Of a DNA stretch of 64,000 nt, positions 38,003-47,003 are shown piece by piece; position 1 is the stretch's first letter; the number at the start of each line of letters is the position of its first letter. Source of the DNA: an uncultured Candidatus Saccharibacteria bacterium (GTDB lineage Bacteria > Patescibacteriota > Minisyncoccia > Phycocordibacterales > UBA918); the NCBI GenBank assembly GCA_964399295.1, contig CAYNQD010000001.1:335672-399671 (forward strand), read 5' to 3'. The position numbers were made by a program, and so were the translations under genes. Under the pieces are notes generated by a model, which made no database searches, was not told where the DNA came from, and saw nothing but the letters and a program-made list of their open reading frames with translations.

Positions 38003-40835
38003 AAATATCTTTTCTAATTTGTACTCAAGCTTGGTAGGCTTGGTTATTGTCGCGCTATTGGCGCCGGCTGTCTATCCCCTATCTGTCCTAGCCGAAACCA
38101 GCAACGAAGAAACCGTGCTTTCAGCAGAGATTGTCACTGGTGATGCCACAGCCGGCACGACAATAGAAAATGACATAAACACCAACATCATTGATACAAA
38201 AAATGACGGTGAAGAGTTGCCTGATTCCAGCTCTACGCTACCGACACCAGAAACAGCTACCACCACAATCTCGCAAAACCCAGAAAATGACGCTGCTAGC
38301 AGCACGTCAAAATTGCCGATGACCCCCAACGAGACAAATATCACCGCCACCAACACCGCTACCACCACCAACCTAGCCACCAGCACCGCCGAAACCGGAG
38401 GCAATACTACCGAAGCTGGTAATTTCCTAACTGAGACCGGCGACGCTGTTTCTTATATAGACGTGGTCAATGTCGTAAACACCAATATCATAAACTCATC
38501 CGGTCTGATTGATTTTATTCGCGGAGTGCTTGGCTACGATAATTTTGACATGCGTGATACTTTTTACGACATCTTCAAATCTTTCCAAACCGCGCAAAGT
38601 ACAAACTCATGTTTGGAAAATATCTGTGACTACAATTCTTTAATGGTGGATTTAGTCAACAGAGCCAATATTTATAACGATATTTCGGTTATCGCCAACA
38701 CCGGCGACAACTCCAGTTTTGACGGCAGCGGCATTATCAGGACTGGAGATGCCTACGCCAGCGCCAATATTGTCAACCTCGCCAACACCAATATTATTGA
38801 CTCCAACTATCTGCTATTAAACTTCAGCAATTTCTCCGACATGGCCGGCTCTTTGGTTTTGCCAAATAGCGATTTCTTCGCCTCATTATTTGGCCATACT
38901 GGCAACTCAATCGGAAGCGGAAATTTTAATTTTAGTAATAACGCCGCCGTTAGCAATGACATTGAAGTGCTGGCCGATACTGGAAATAACGCCATTGACG
39001 ACGGCAGCGGGACAATCACCACCGGCAATTCATTAGCCACCTCTCATACCGAAAACATTATCAACCAGAATTTTCTTGGCACCGATTCTTTTAGTTTGCT
39101 TATTAGAGTCCATGGTTCTTGGAGCGGAGAAATTTTTGGCTTACCGGAAGGCATGCTGTGGGAAAACACTATGGACGGTGTTAGGTTGTATTACGCTGGG
39201 GACAGTGGCGGCGCCTCAGCTAGCGGCAAGACTATGGCCAATATTGCAAATGACGCTACTATTGCAAATAATGTCCAAGTCTTCGCCCTAACCGGAAACA
39301 ATCAGATTTCGGGCAGTGACGACGCGAGCATAGAGACCGGCACCGCCTACGCCGACAGCACGGTATTAAATATGGCCAACACCAACATCATCGGCAGCAA
39401 CTGGGTCAATCTTATCTTTAATATTTATGGAAATTGGAGCGGCAATATTGCCTTTGGCCAACCCGACTTATGGCTGGGATTGGAAGCCGAGACAAAAGAC
39501 AACCTGCAACCAAACACTGAAGTGACTTATAAATACACCATCTTCAATCGCGGTGACACCACAGCTCGAAACGTGATTTTGGAAAATAAATATCCGGCAA
39601 AATCCATCAATTTTATCAATTCACCTGAAGATAATAGTCAAAGTGACGGACACAGCCTCTGGTCGATTGGAGATATTGGGACAGGAGAAACAAAAGAGCT
39701 TATTGTCAAAACCAAAATCGACGCCACTTTTGGAAAGGATAAGCGTCTGCCTTTGCCAATAACCGCCACCGTATACGGCGATCAGCCCGACGCCAACGAC
39801 GCTGACAACGAAGATTCTTTATTGCTCTACGTCGGCAAAAATCAGAAAACGACCTACACAAACAACAATGAGGAAAATAACAGAAACAACGCTTTCCCAG
39901 CCAAATTTTTCATCGAAAAAAGTGCCGACAAAACCTTTGCTAAGGGCGGCGACACCATAAACTACACCGTCAAACTAACCAGTAAAGGCGGACAGCTTTT
40001 TGACTCAGTTTTGTTTGATGTGTTGGAGGATGAAGAAGGTAATATTTTAAGCGAACAATCCTGGAATCTTGACACCATCGAAAACGGCGAAGATATCACT
40101 ATCTCCTACTCGATTATTCTTCCGGAAAATACCGCAACTGGCATTTATACCAATACCGCGCAACTGTTTGGCAATCACGGCTCCAGACAACCAAAATATA
40201 GAACCGTATACGAAAGTGCAGTCGCCAAACATCAGCTAGCGGTGGGCAATTTGGCAGCCTTCCCCAATTTGAACGCCAATATCTTGAGCTGTAGTCCTTA
40301 CCTAAAAACCTACCTAAAACAAGACAAAGATAATGACTTGAGTGAAGTCGTAAAATTGCAACAATTTCTCTATCATTACGTGACCGACGAAATCGAAATC
40401 AGCGGTGTTTTTGATGACGCTACCAGAATTGCCGTTGCTGAATTTCAACAGCAATACGCGGCGGATATTCTTACCCCTTGGGGAATGACACAAAGCTCCG
40501 GCTATGTGTACTACACAACACAAAAGAAAATAAACGAAATCATGTGCGATCACAAAGTTGAATTTCCATTAACCCCAGACCAAGAAAAAGAAATGGATTA
40601 TTTCAAACAAAATATACACAAAATCAACGTTGACGACATGTTGTTTTCCGGAGACATCAACGCCAACGACTTGGCTGCAGCCGATATTGAGAATGAATCA
40701 GCGACAATTATTGCTGACGATTATATCTCCTCCCCAACAATCAAGCTCTTGAAAGAGGTCTCCAAACCGCACTATAGTCGGTTTGATAATTGGCTTTTGC
40801 TGTTCAAAAATACTCACACTGCCTTTCGCTACTAG
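37980..40835 (+). CDS. large cell-surface repeat protein with C-terminal peptidoglycan-binding-like domain
   Basis: 951 aa. Signal/anchor. Motif TG(D/N)A.A.....N..NTNII recurs at least five times. CARDB/DUF11-like beta region (KYTIFNRGDTTARNVILENKY...TGETKELIVKTKIDA). PG_binding_1-like segment (LQQFLYHYVTD.EISGVFDDATRIAVAEFQQQY). Confidence 0.65.
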   Translation: MKKSMLNKNIFSNLYSSLVGLVIVALLAPAVYPLSVLAETSNEETVLSAEIVTGDATAGTTIENDINTNIIDTKNDGEELPDSSSTLPTPETATTTISQNPENDAASSTSKLPMTPNETNITATNTATTTNLATSTAETGGNTTEAGNFLTETGDAVSYIDVVNVVNTNIINSSGLIDFIRGVLGYDNFDMRDTFYDIFKSFQTAQSTNSCLENICDYNSLMVDLVNRANIYNDISVIANTGDNSSFDGSGIIRTGDAYASANIVNLANTNIIDSNYLLLNFSNFSDMAGSLVLPNSDFFASLFGHTGNSIGSGNFNFSNNAAVSNDIEVLADTGNNAIDDGSGTITTGNSLATSHTENIINQNFLGTDSFSLLIRVHGSWSGEIFGLPEGMLWENTMDGVRLYYAGDSGGASASGKTMANIANDATIANNVQVFALTGNNQISGSDDASIETGTAYADSTVLNMANTNIIGSNWVNLIFNIYGNWSGNIAFGQPDLWLGLEAETKDNLQPNTEVTYKYTIFNRGDTTARNVILENKYPAKSINFINSPEDNSQSDGHSLWSIGDIGTGETKELIVKTKIDATFGKDKRLPLPITATVYGDQPDANDADNEDSLLLYVGKNQKTTYTNNNEENNRNNAFPAKFFIEKSADKTFAKGGDTINYTVKLTSKGGQLFDSVLFDVLEDEEGNILSEQSWNLDTIENGEDITISYSIILPENTATGIYTNTAQLFGNHGSRQPKYRTVYESAVAKHQLAVGNLAAFPNLNANILSCSPYLKTYLKQDKDNDLSEVVKLQQFLYHYVTDEIEISGVFDDATRIAVAEFQQQYAADILTPWGMTQSSGYVYYTTQKKINEIMCDHKVEFPLTPDQEKEMDYFKQNIHKINVDDMLFSGDINANDLAAADIENESATIIADDYISSPTIKLLKEVSKPHYSRFDNWLLLFKNTHTAFRY

Positions 40836-40877
40836 TGCTGTCTGTGTTAAGATGCCGTTTATAAACACTTCAAAGCT

Positions 40878-43127
40878 ATGGACAAATCTTCAAATCAAAC
40901 CAACGCCAATGTTCCGGAAATATTTTTAAAGCCTTACGATTCAGCCGCTCACGAAAGCAAGCTTTATACTCTCTGGGAACAATCAGGTTTCTTCAATCCC
41001 GACGTTTGCGTAGAAAAAGGCATTGCCGCCAAAGATGCTGAGGTTTTTTCAATGGTACTTCCCCCACCCAATGTTACCGGACATCTGCACATGGGCAGCG
41101 CGTTGATGCTGGCTTTGGAGGATATTTTGGTCAGGCACGCCCGCATGAAAGGAAAAAAGACCTTATGGATTCCCGGCACCGACTCAGCCGCTATCGCCAC
41201 TCAAGCCCGAGTGGAAAAAGATGTTCAAAAGGCAGAGAAAAAAACTCGCCACGACCTGGGACGAGAAGAACTCCTTAAAAGAATAGACGCTTTCGTGGAA
41301 GAAAATAAAAATACCATTCTTAGCCAAATGCGCTCGGTTGGCGCTTCTTTGGACTGGAGCCGCTATGCCTACACCATGGACAAAAAAAGGTACGACGCTG
41401 TCATGGAGGCCTTTATACGCATGCATAGGGCCGGTCTTATCTATCGCGGCAACCGCATAGTCAATTGGGACCCCAAGGGACAAACGACGATTTCTGATGA
41501 CGAAATTGTTTACGAAGAACGAAAAGCCAAGCTCTATACTTTTAAATACAGCCCTGATTTCCCTATCGCTATCGCCACCACCAGACTGGAAACCAAAGTT
41601 GGCGACACTGCCGTGGCTGTTCACCCCGAAGATGAGCGTTACCGCGATTTTATTGGTAAAGAATATGACGTTGTTTTCTGTGACGTTCCACTGCACATAA
41701 AGATTGTGGCTGATGCCAGTGTGGAACCAGATTTTGGTACCGGCGCGCTGGGAGTTACGCCGGCTCACAGTCAGATTGACTGGGAAATCGCCGACCGGCA
41801 CGACCTCCCCCGCCCGCCAGTCATCAATGAATACGCCAAAATGCTAGACAATCTCCCTGGCCGTCTAGCCGGCCTCAAAACCACCATAGCGCGCGAAGAA
41901 GTAGCCAATTGGCTCAAAGAAAATGATCTACTCATAAGCGAAGAAGAAATCACGCAAAACGTATCCACAGCCGAACGCACTGGTGGTATCGTTGAACCTC
42001 TTCCTAAGTTGCAATGGTTTATTGACGTAGAAAAGCCTTTTGTAATGGAAAACTCTGAAATTCCTGGTATTGCTTCCGGTGAAATGGTGTCTCTCAAAAC
42101 ACTCATGCAAAAAGCCGTCGCGGGCGGCGGGGTGAAATTTGTGTCTGAACGATTTGAAAAAACCTATCTGCACTGGGCAAAAAATCTCCGCCCATGGTGC
42201 ATCAGTCGGCAAATTTGGTTTGGACACCAGATTCCCGTTTGGTACAAGACCAAGGAAGGCACGCAAACAGAAACACACGTCGGCACAAAACCACCAGAAC
42301 CAACCGGCTGGACGCAAGACCCAGACGTACTCGATACTTGGTTTTCATCCGGACTCTGGACTTTTACCACCCTCGGCTGGCCGGAGAAAACCGAAGATCT
42401 GAAAACCTACCACCCTACTACTCTCATAGAAACCGGACATGACATTATCTTTTTCTGGGTGGCGCGCATGATTCTTATGAGTGGTTTCTTCCTCGGGCAA
42501 GTACCGTTTAAAACGATTTATATGCATGGATTGGTTCGTGACGGACAAGGCCGAAAAATATCAAAATCCCTCGGCAACAACATCGACCCAGTTGATATGG
42601 CTGAAAAGTACGGCATGGACGCGGTTCGCATTTCACTTGTTATGGGTATGACTCCAGGCACAGACAGCAAAATCTCCGAGGAAAAAATCCGCGGCTACAA
42701 GCATTTTGCCAACAAACTCTGGAACATCAGCCGCTTCACTTTGACTACCATCAATGGAGTTGAAGATTTTTCAAAAGTTGAACTTTCCGAAACCGACAAA
42801 TCCATCCAAAATGAATTAAGGGACTTGACCACCACCGTGGAATCACATTTTGAAAATTACCGTATCGACTTGGCCGGTGAAACTATTTATCAATACGTCT
42901 GGCATCGCTTCGCTGATGAGATAATCGAAGAATCAAAACTGATAATACAGACTGGTGACGAAAAAACGATTCTGTCACGCCGCTTCATCCTCAAAGAATG
43001 CCTTATTACCTCTCTCAAGCTCCTACATCCTTTCATGCCTTTTGTCACGGAGGCGATTTGGCAGGAATTATCAAGCAGTCTGAGAGACAGCGAGTTGCTC
43101 ATGGTAGCCAAATGGCCAGAAGTCTAA
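40878..43127 (+). CDS. valS: valyl-tRNA synthetase (compact, no long C-terminal coiled coil)
   Basis: Class I motifs PPPNVTGHLHMGSA (HIGH) and KISKSLGN (KMSKS). CP1 editing domain present. 749 aa. Confidence 0.85.
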   Translation: MDKSSNQTNANVPEIFLKPYDSAAHESKLYTLWEQSGFFNPDVCVEKGIAAKDAEVFSMVLPPPNVTGHLHMGSALMLALEDILVRHARMKGKKTLWIPGTDSAAIATQARVEKDVQKAEKKTRHDLGREELLKRIDAFVEENKNTILSQMRSVGASLDWSRYAYTMDKKRYDAVMEAFIRMHRAGLIYRGNRIVNWDPKGQTTISDDEIVYEERKAKLYTFKYSPDFPIAIATTRLETKVGDTAVAVHPEDERYRDFIGKEYDVVFCDVPLHIKIVADASVEPDFGTGALGVTPAHSQIDWEIADRHDLPRPPVINEYAKMLDNLPGRLAGLKTTIAREEVANWLKENDLLISEEEITQNVSTAERTGGIVEPLPKLQWFIDVEKPFVMENSEIPGIASGEMVSLKTLMQKAVAGGGVKFVSERFEKTYLHWAKNLRPWCISRQIWFGHQIPVWYKTKEGTQTETHVGTKPPEPTGWTQDPDVLDTWFSSGLWTFTTLGWPEKTEDLKTYHPTTLIETGHDIIFFWVARMILMSGFFLGQVPFKTIYMHGLVRDGQGRKISKSLGNNIDPVDMAEKYGMDAVRISLVMGMTPGTDSKISEEKIRGYKHFANKLWNISRFTLTTINGVEDFSKVELSETDKSIQNELRDLTTTVESHFENYRIDLAGETIYQYVWHRFADEIIEESKLIIQTGDEKTILSRRFILKECLITSLKLLHPFMPFVTEAIWQELSSSLRDSELLMVAKWPEV

Positions 43128-43181
43128 TCCCCTTGCCGCCCACAATATCCAAATAAGACCAGCTCCAAACCTGCTACAATA

Positions 43182-43895
43182 GTGACTGTGGTATCAACAC
43201 ACTTTGCCATCGCTTTTCTCATCGGTTTGGTGCCGGCTTTATTTTGGCTTTGGTTTTGGCTGCGCGAAGATAAGAAAAGTCCCGAGCCAAAACTGCTCAT
43301 CGCCATCTCCTTCATTGCCGGTATGGCTGTGGTACCTTTGGCTTTGCCGCTCCAAAAGCTGGCCATTGATTTGTACAGCGGCTCCAACGTCATGTTGGCT
43401 TGGGTGATTATAGAAGAGGTCTTAAAATATGTAGTGGCTTTGTTTGTGATATTATGGAACAAGGCCGTTGATGAAGCCATCGACCCTATCATTTACATGA
43501 TAGCCATCGCACTCGGCTTTGCAGCCTTGGAAAACACTCTATTTGTCCTAAATCCCATTACTGACGGCGAGTATGGGGCAGCGACCATTACCGGCTCCTT
43601 TCGGTTCCTAGGCTCTTCCCTGCTCCACGTGCTGGCCTCAGCGACAGTGGGAGTGATGCTAGCTTTATCTTTTTATCGCTCCAATATTGTAAAGCTTATA
43701 TACGGAACAATTGGGTTATTCATTGCCATCTTATTGCATGCCTTGTTTAACTTTTTTATAATGGAGTCAAGTGGCGAAGGAATATTGATCATCTTCCTCT
43801 TCGTCTGGATGGGTATAATAATACTCTTCCTACTATTTGAAAAGATCAAATTACTCGAATCATCACAAAAACCTTCTTCACGTAAACGCATATGA
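43182..43895 (+). CDS. prsW: PrsW-family intramembrane metalloprotease
   Basis: EExxK-like IIEEVLKY, FxxxE GFAALENTLF, HxxxN/H box HALFNF. About 7 TM. GTG start assumed. Confidence 0.65.
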   Translation: MTVVSTHFAIAFLIGLVPALFWLWFWLREDKKSPEPKLLIAISFIAGMAVVPLALPLQKLAIDLYSGSNVMLAWVIIEEVLKYVVALFVILWNKAVDEAIDPIIYMIAIALGFAALENTLFVLNPITDGEYGAATITGSFRFLGSSLLHVLASATVGVMLALSFYRSNIVKLIYGTIGLFIAILLHALFNFFIMESSGEGILIIFLFVWMGIIILFLLFEKIKLLESSQKPSSRKRI

Positions 43896-44413
43896 AAAAA
43901 CCATCATTTTTAGAACGACTCACCGGCGGAGCCAACAAAGATAACGACTACGATCGGATTTTAGATGAAGAACACCACTTTGGCGACGAGTCTGATAGTG
44001 TTGACGGTGGCTATGATAATGAAGAAGACTGGCAGGAAGAAGCCACAGACAACCACCAATCTCAGCAAGAAGGTGAATTGCCTGTCGATATGTACCAAAC
44101 CAACGACGCTATTATTATTCGGGCCTTGGTGGCCGGAGTTAGCCCCACCGATTTGGATATTTCCATCACTCGCGATATGGTCACTATCCGCGGCTTGCGT
44201 GAAGAATACCAAGAAACCAACGACGACAACTACTTCCACCGCGAACTTTTCTGGGGCAGTTTTTCCCGCACTTTGGTTTTGCCAGAAGAAGTGATTATCG
44301 ACGAAGCCGAAGCCCAAGAAAAGCACGGCATGCTAGAAATACGCCTCCCCAAGCTCGATAAGCACCGCAGTACTCAGCTCAAGGTAAGATCAAGCGCGAG
44401 TGGTGGCAAGTAA
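43892..44413 (+). CDS. Hsp20/alpha-crystallin-family small heat-shock protein
   Basis: Acidic N-terminal region then alpha-crystallin domain (VDMYQTNDAIIIRALVAGV...ISITRDMVTIRG...FSRTLVLPEEV...GMLEIRLPK). ATGA overlap with prsW. Confidence 0.8.
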   Translation: MKKPSFLERLTGGANKDNDYDRILDEEHHFGDESDSVDGGYDNEEDWQEEATDNHQSQQEGELPVDMYQTNDAIIIRALVAGVSPTDLDISITRDMVTIRGLREEYQETNDDNYFHRELFWGSFSRTLVLPEEVIIDEAEAQEKHGMLEIRLPKLDKHRSTQLKVRSSASGGK

Positions 44414-44567
44414 GAAGATTTGAGAAAATAAAAATACGCTGTCATCACCATCTAGTTTTAAAAATCAAACCAATCCGCACAGTAGTATATATGCGATTGT
44501 CAGTGGTTTCGCTTCAATCCTAGTCCCAACCGCTTCTCTGTGTGGCCGCAGTTTTAACGTTACATTA

Positions 44568-44643
44568 TGGTGCTTGGGGGCGGGCTCGAACCGCCGACCC
44601 CTTCCTCTTCAGGGAAATGCTCTACCAACTGAGCTACCCAAGC
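44568..44643 (-). tRNA. tRNA-Phe (GAA), CCA encoded
   Basis: Minus-strand sequence GCTTGGG-TA-GCTCAGTTGGTAGAGC-A-TTTCC-CTGAAGA-GGAAG-GGGTC-GGCGG-TTCGAGC-CCGCC-CCCAAGC-A-CCA. Confidence 0.85.
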
Positions 44644-44709
44644 AACGACTGTTATTTTAGCCTGTTTTAAACTATATTTCAACTTTTAGCAACCAGACAA
44701 AAACAAGAC

Positions 44710-45018
44710 TTAAATTTCGGGTTGTCTAAAACCAGATTTGACGGATTCGAGCCAATCCTTGGCTCCATCCATTTCTAAATTTATTTTCTCCAGATTTTCG
44801 ATTTTTGCCTGCAGATTTTCCCAATTTGGCTTTATGTAATTGAAGTAAGTATAAAACAGCAACGCTACTATAAACAAAAGCCAAAGCAACCGAAAAACAG
44901 TACCGATTATAGAATTTCGTCGCATCCTTCTGAGCAGAGTGTTGTTCTCCAGCAAAAGCCGTTGATTTTCTTTCAACAACTCACGAATGTCATCATCTTC
45001 ATCCTCCATATAGTCCAT
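44710..45018 (-). CDS. hypothetical membrane protein with acidic N-terminus and coiled-coil
   Basis: Start at MDYMEDEDDD (residue 24 of the listed ORF). One TM helix. TATAAT-like box immediately upstream. Confidence 0.45.
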   Translation of the reverse strand: MDYMEDEDDDIRELLKENQRLLLENNTLLRRMRRNSIIGTVFRLLWLLFIVALLFYTYFNYIKPNWENLQAKIENLEKINLEMDGAKDWLESVKSGFRQPEI

Positions 45019-45092
45019 ACACCCATTATAACAGACACTGGCTCTAATGACACAATATGGTAAAGTATATCTGCAAAAGAAAAGCAACCACT

Positions 45093-45167
45093 GCCCTCGT
45101 AGCTCAATGGATAGAGCTATTCCGTCCTAAGGAAGAGATGTGGGTTCGATTCCTGCCGAGGGCACCA
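45093..45167 (+). tRNA. tRNA-Arg (CCT), CCA encoded
   Basis: Acceptor GCCCTCG/CGAGGGC (perfect), D-arm GCTCAATGGATAGAGC, anticodon loop GTCCTAA, T-arm GTGGG-TTCGATT-CCTGC, ACCA end. Confidence 0.85.
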
Positions 45168-45189
45168 AAATCTGATAAAGAATTAGGAA

Positions 45190-45212
45190 GAAACTCTGCG
45201 AGTTTCTTTTTT
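45190..45212 (+). terminator. rho-independent terminator after tRNA-Arg
   Basis: gaaactc-tgc-gagtttc followed by tttttt. Confidence 0.75.
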
Positions 45213-45320
45213 CGTTTTAGCTTGATTTTATTTGACATTTGTTGTAATTTGACTTTGGTATTAAGCCCGATTGTCGGGCTTAAATCGTACATTCCCAACC
45301 AAAAAGAAAGGTGGACAGCT

Positions 45321-46025
45321 ATGGAAACAAGTCGTATCATTCTGGCGGCTGATGAGCTGAGTCTCGATCAATGCTTGGAGCTTGCCTCCAAGGTCGGCGA
45401 TCGGGTTCACGCCATAAAGATTCACAACGCGTTCGATCAACAAGGCCCCGGTGTCGTCCAGCGACTTCGGGACGCAGGCGCTCGTCGTGTCTGGGTGGAT
45501 GCGAAACTCCACGATATCCCGAACACTGTCAAGCTCCGTGCGAAGGCAATCGCCGAGTCCGGAGCCGACATCCTCACCGTTCACGCCTCTGGCGAGATCG
45601 AGATGATGATGGCCGCAGTGGAAGCGGGACCGTCGGAGATCTACGCGATCACGGTTCTCACTTCGCTCGGCGAGGAACAGGCGCACCTTCTGCACGGACA
45701 ACCGTCCAAGGCAGGCGCACTCTACCTCGCGCGTCTCGCGAAGCTCGCGGGCGTTCACGGTGTTGTGTGCTCACCCAAGGAGGTCGTGATCCTCGCCAAG
45801 AGGCCCGAACTTCAGGGGCTGAAGTTTATCACACCGGGTGTTCGTTCTTCCGGCAAGGCAACCGACGATCAGAAGAGAGTGGATACTCCGGCGGGCGCGA
45901 TCGCTTCCGGCTCAACTCATCTCGTCGTCGGACGGCAAATCACGCAGGCAACTGATCCGGTGGATGCACTCCGCCAGATCGAGGAGGAGATTTCTCCGAA
46001 CGCTACGAAGGAGGTGAAATCATGA
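45321..46025 (+). CDS. pyrF: orotidine 5'-phosphate decarboxylase
   Basis: OMPDC motifs ILAADELS, DAKLHDIPNT, ILTVHASG, FITPGVR. RBS AAAGGTGG. Roughly 60% GC by eye. Confidence 0.85.
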   Translation: METSRIILAADELSLDQCLELASKVGDRVHAIKIHNAFDQQGPGVVQRLRDAGARRVWVDAKLHDIPNTVKLRAKAIAESGADILTVHASGEIEMMMAAVEAGPSEIYAITVLTSLGEEQAHLLHGQPSKAGALYLARLAKLAGVHGVVCSPKEVVILAKRPELQGLKFITPGVRSSGKATDDQKRVDTPAGAIASGSTHLVVGRQITQATDPVDALRQIEEEISPNATKEVKS

Positions 46026-46651
46026 ACGAGCAAGAAGTCCTGCAGGTTCTCGGCAAAGTTGGAGCAGTCATCGCCGACAGCCACATCGTCTACACGTCTG
46101 GCAAGCACGGCACGGCGTACGTCAACAAGGATGCGGTTTACCCGCACACCGCGAAGACGTCTCGCCTCTGTCGAGCAATCGCCGAGCGGTTCGCGGACGA
46201 CAAGGTGCACGTGGTCATCGCTCCGGCAATCGGCGGCGTGATTCTCTCGCAGTGGACAGCACATCATCTCACGGAGATGAACGGTCACGAGGTGTTCGGG
46301 GTTTACGCCGAGAAGTCCGAAAGCGGAGACGCCTTCGTCATCAAGCGTGGCTACGACAAACTCATCGCTGGCAAGAACGTTCTGGTAGTGGAAGATGTTC
46401 TCACCACCGGCGGCTCCGCCAAGAAAGTGATCGAAGCCACGCGAGCGATTGGCGGCAATGTCATCGGCCTCGGCGTCCTCTGCAATCGTGGAGGAATCAC
46501 GCCGCAAGATGTGGCCGATGTTCCGAAACTCACGGCACTCGTCTCCGTCAAGCTCGACGCACATGACGAGGCAACGTGTCCGCTCTGCGAGCAGAACGTC
46601 CCGATCAACACGGACGTCGGCAAGGGGCGCGAATTCCTCGCGCGAAAGTAA
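46022..46651 (+). CDS. pyrE: orotate phosphoribosyltransferase
   Basis: PRPP-binding motif VLVVEDVLTTGGS. ATGA overlap with pyrF. Same high-GC composition. Confidence 0.8.
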   Translation: MNEQEVLQVLGKVGAVIADSHIVYTSGKHGTAYVNKDAVYPHTAKTSRLCRAIAERFADDKVHVVIAPAIGGVILSQWTAHHLTEMNGHEVFGVYAEKSESGDAFVIKRGYDKLIAGKNVLVVEDVLTTGGSAKKVIEATRAIGGNVIGLGVLCNRGGITPQDVADVPKLTALVSVKLDAHDEATCPLCEQNVPINTDVGKGREFLARK

Positions 46652-46675
46652 ACATGAATCCGCAACGGGTTCTCT

Positions 46676-46714
46676 GGGTTCGTCATCGTAAGGTGACGAA
46701 CCCTTTTTCTTTTT
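46676..46714 (+). terminator. rho-independent terminator after pyrE
   Basis: gggttcgtca-tcgtaagg-tgacgaaccc followed by tttttcttttt. Confidence 0.8.
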
Positions 46715-46806
46715 GCCAAAGTTTCAAAGAACAATTTATTGCGAAAACAATTTTTTCAGTTATCCTTTAATTGTATTTGTTTTCGCAATTGTCAGCGCAA
46801 AACTTT

Positions 46807-46853
46807 TTTTAAGCGAGGGTGCGGCGGAATTCCTCCCCCCAACCCCCTCCTTC
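46807..46853. repeat. 13-bp GC-rich perfect inverted repeat with 21-nt C-rich loop
   Basis: gggtgcggcggaa-ttcctccccccaaccccctcc-ttccgccgcaccc. Confidence 0.6.
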
Positions 46854-47003
46854 CGCCGCACCCGAGCGTTTCGCCGGAGCGAAGCGGAGGCGACTAGAAA
46901 TTTTTCAGGAAATGGTTTCGAGCCGTACGGTAAAGATACACAGGCTAGTGCTACCGAGTGACTATAAGCCACTCGGTCATTTGTTGGGTCAACCAATTCT
47001 TAA

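Noticed and set aside
36780-40835. Possible CRISPR-like periodic repeats
   Set aside because: The periodicity is at the protein level inside ORFs, with no short direct repeats separated by unique spacers. No CRISPR array or cas gene was found anywhere in the window.
45057-45320. N-terminal extension of the pyrF ORF overlapping tRNA-Arg
   Set aside because: The extension covers the tRNA and a terminator; the true start is the ATG at 45321 with RBS AAAGGTGG.
46664-46690. Possible att-type direct repeat of the tRNA-Arg 3' end downstream of pyrE
   Set aside because: Only an 8-nt match (tgggttcg) that is part of the pyrE terminator stem; too short to be meaningful.
45261-46770. Long alternative-frame and antisense ORFs across pyrF/pyrE
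   Set aside because: High-GC artefacts with Arg/Ser-rich translations; the pyrF and pyrE frames carry the recognisable motifs.
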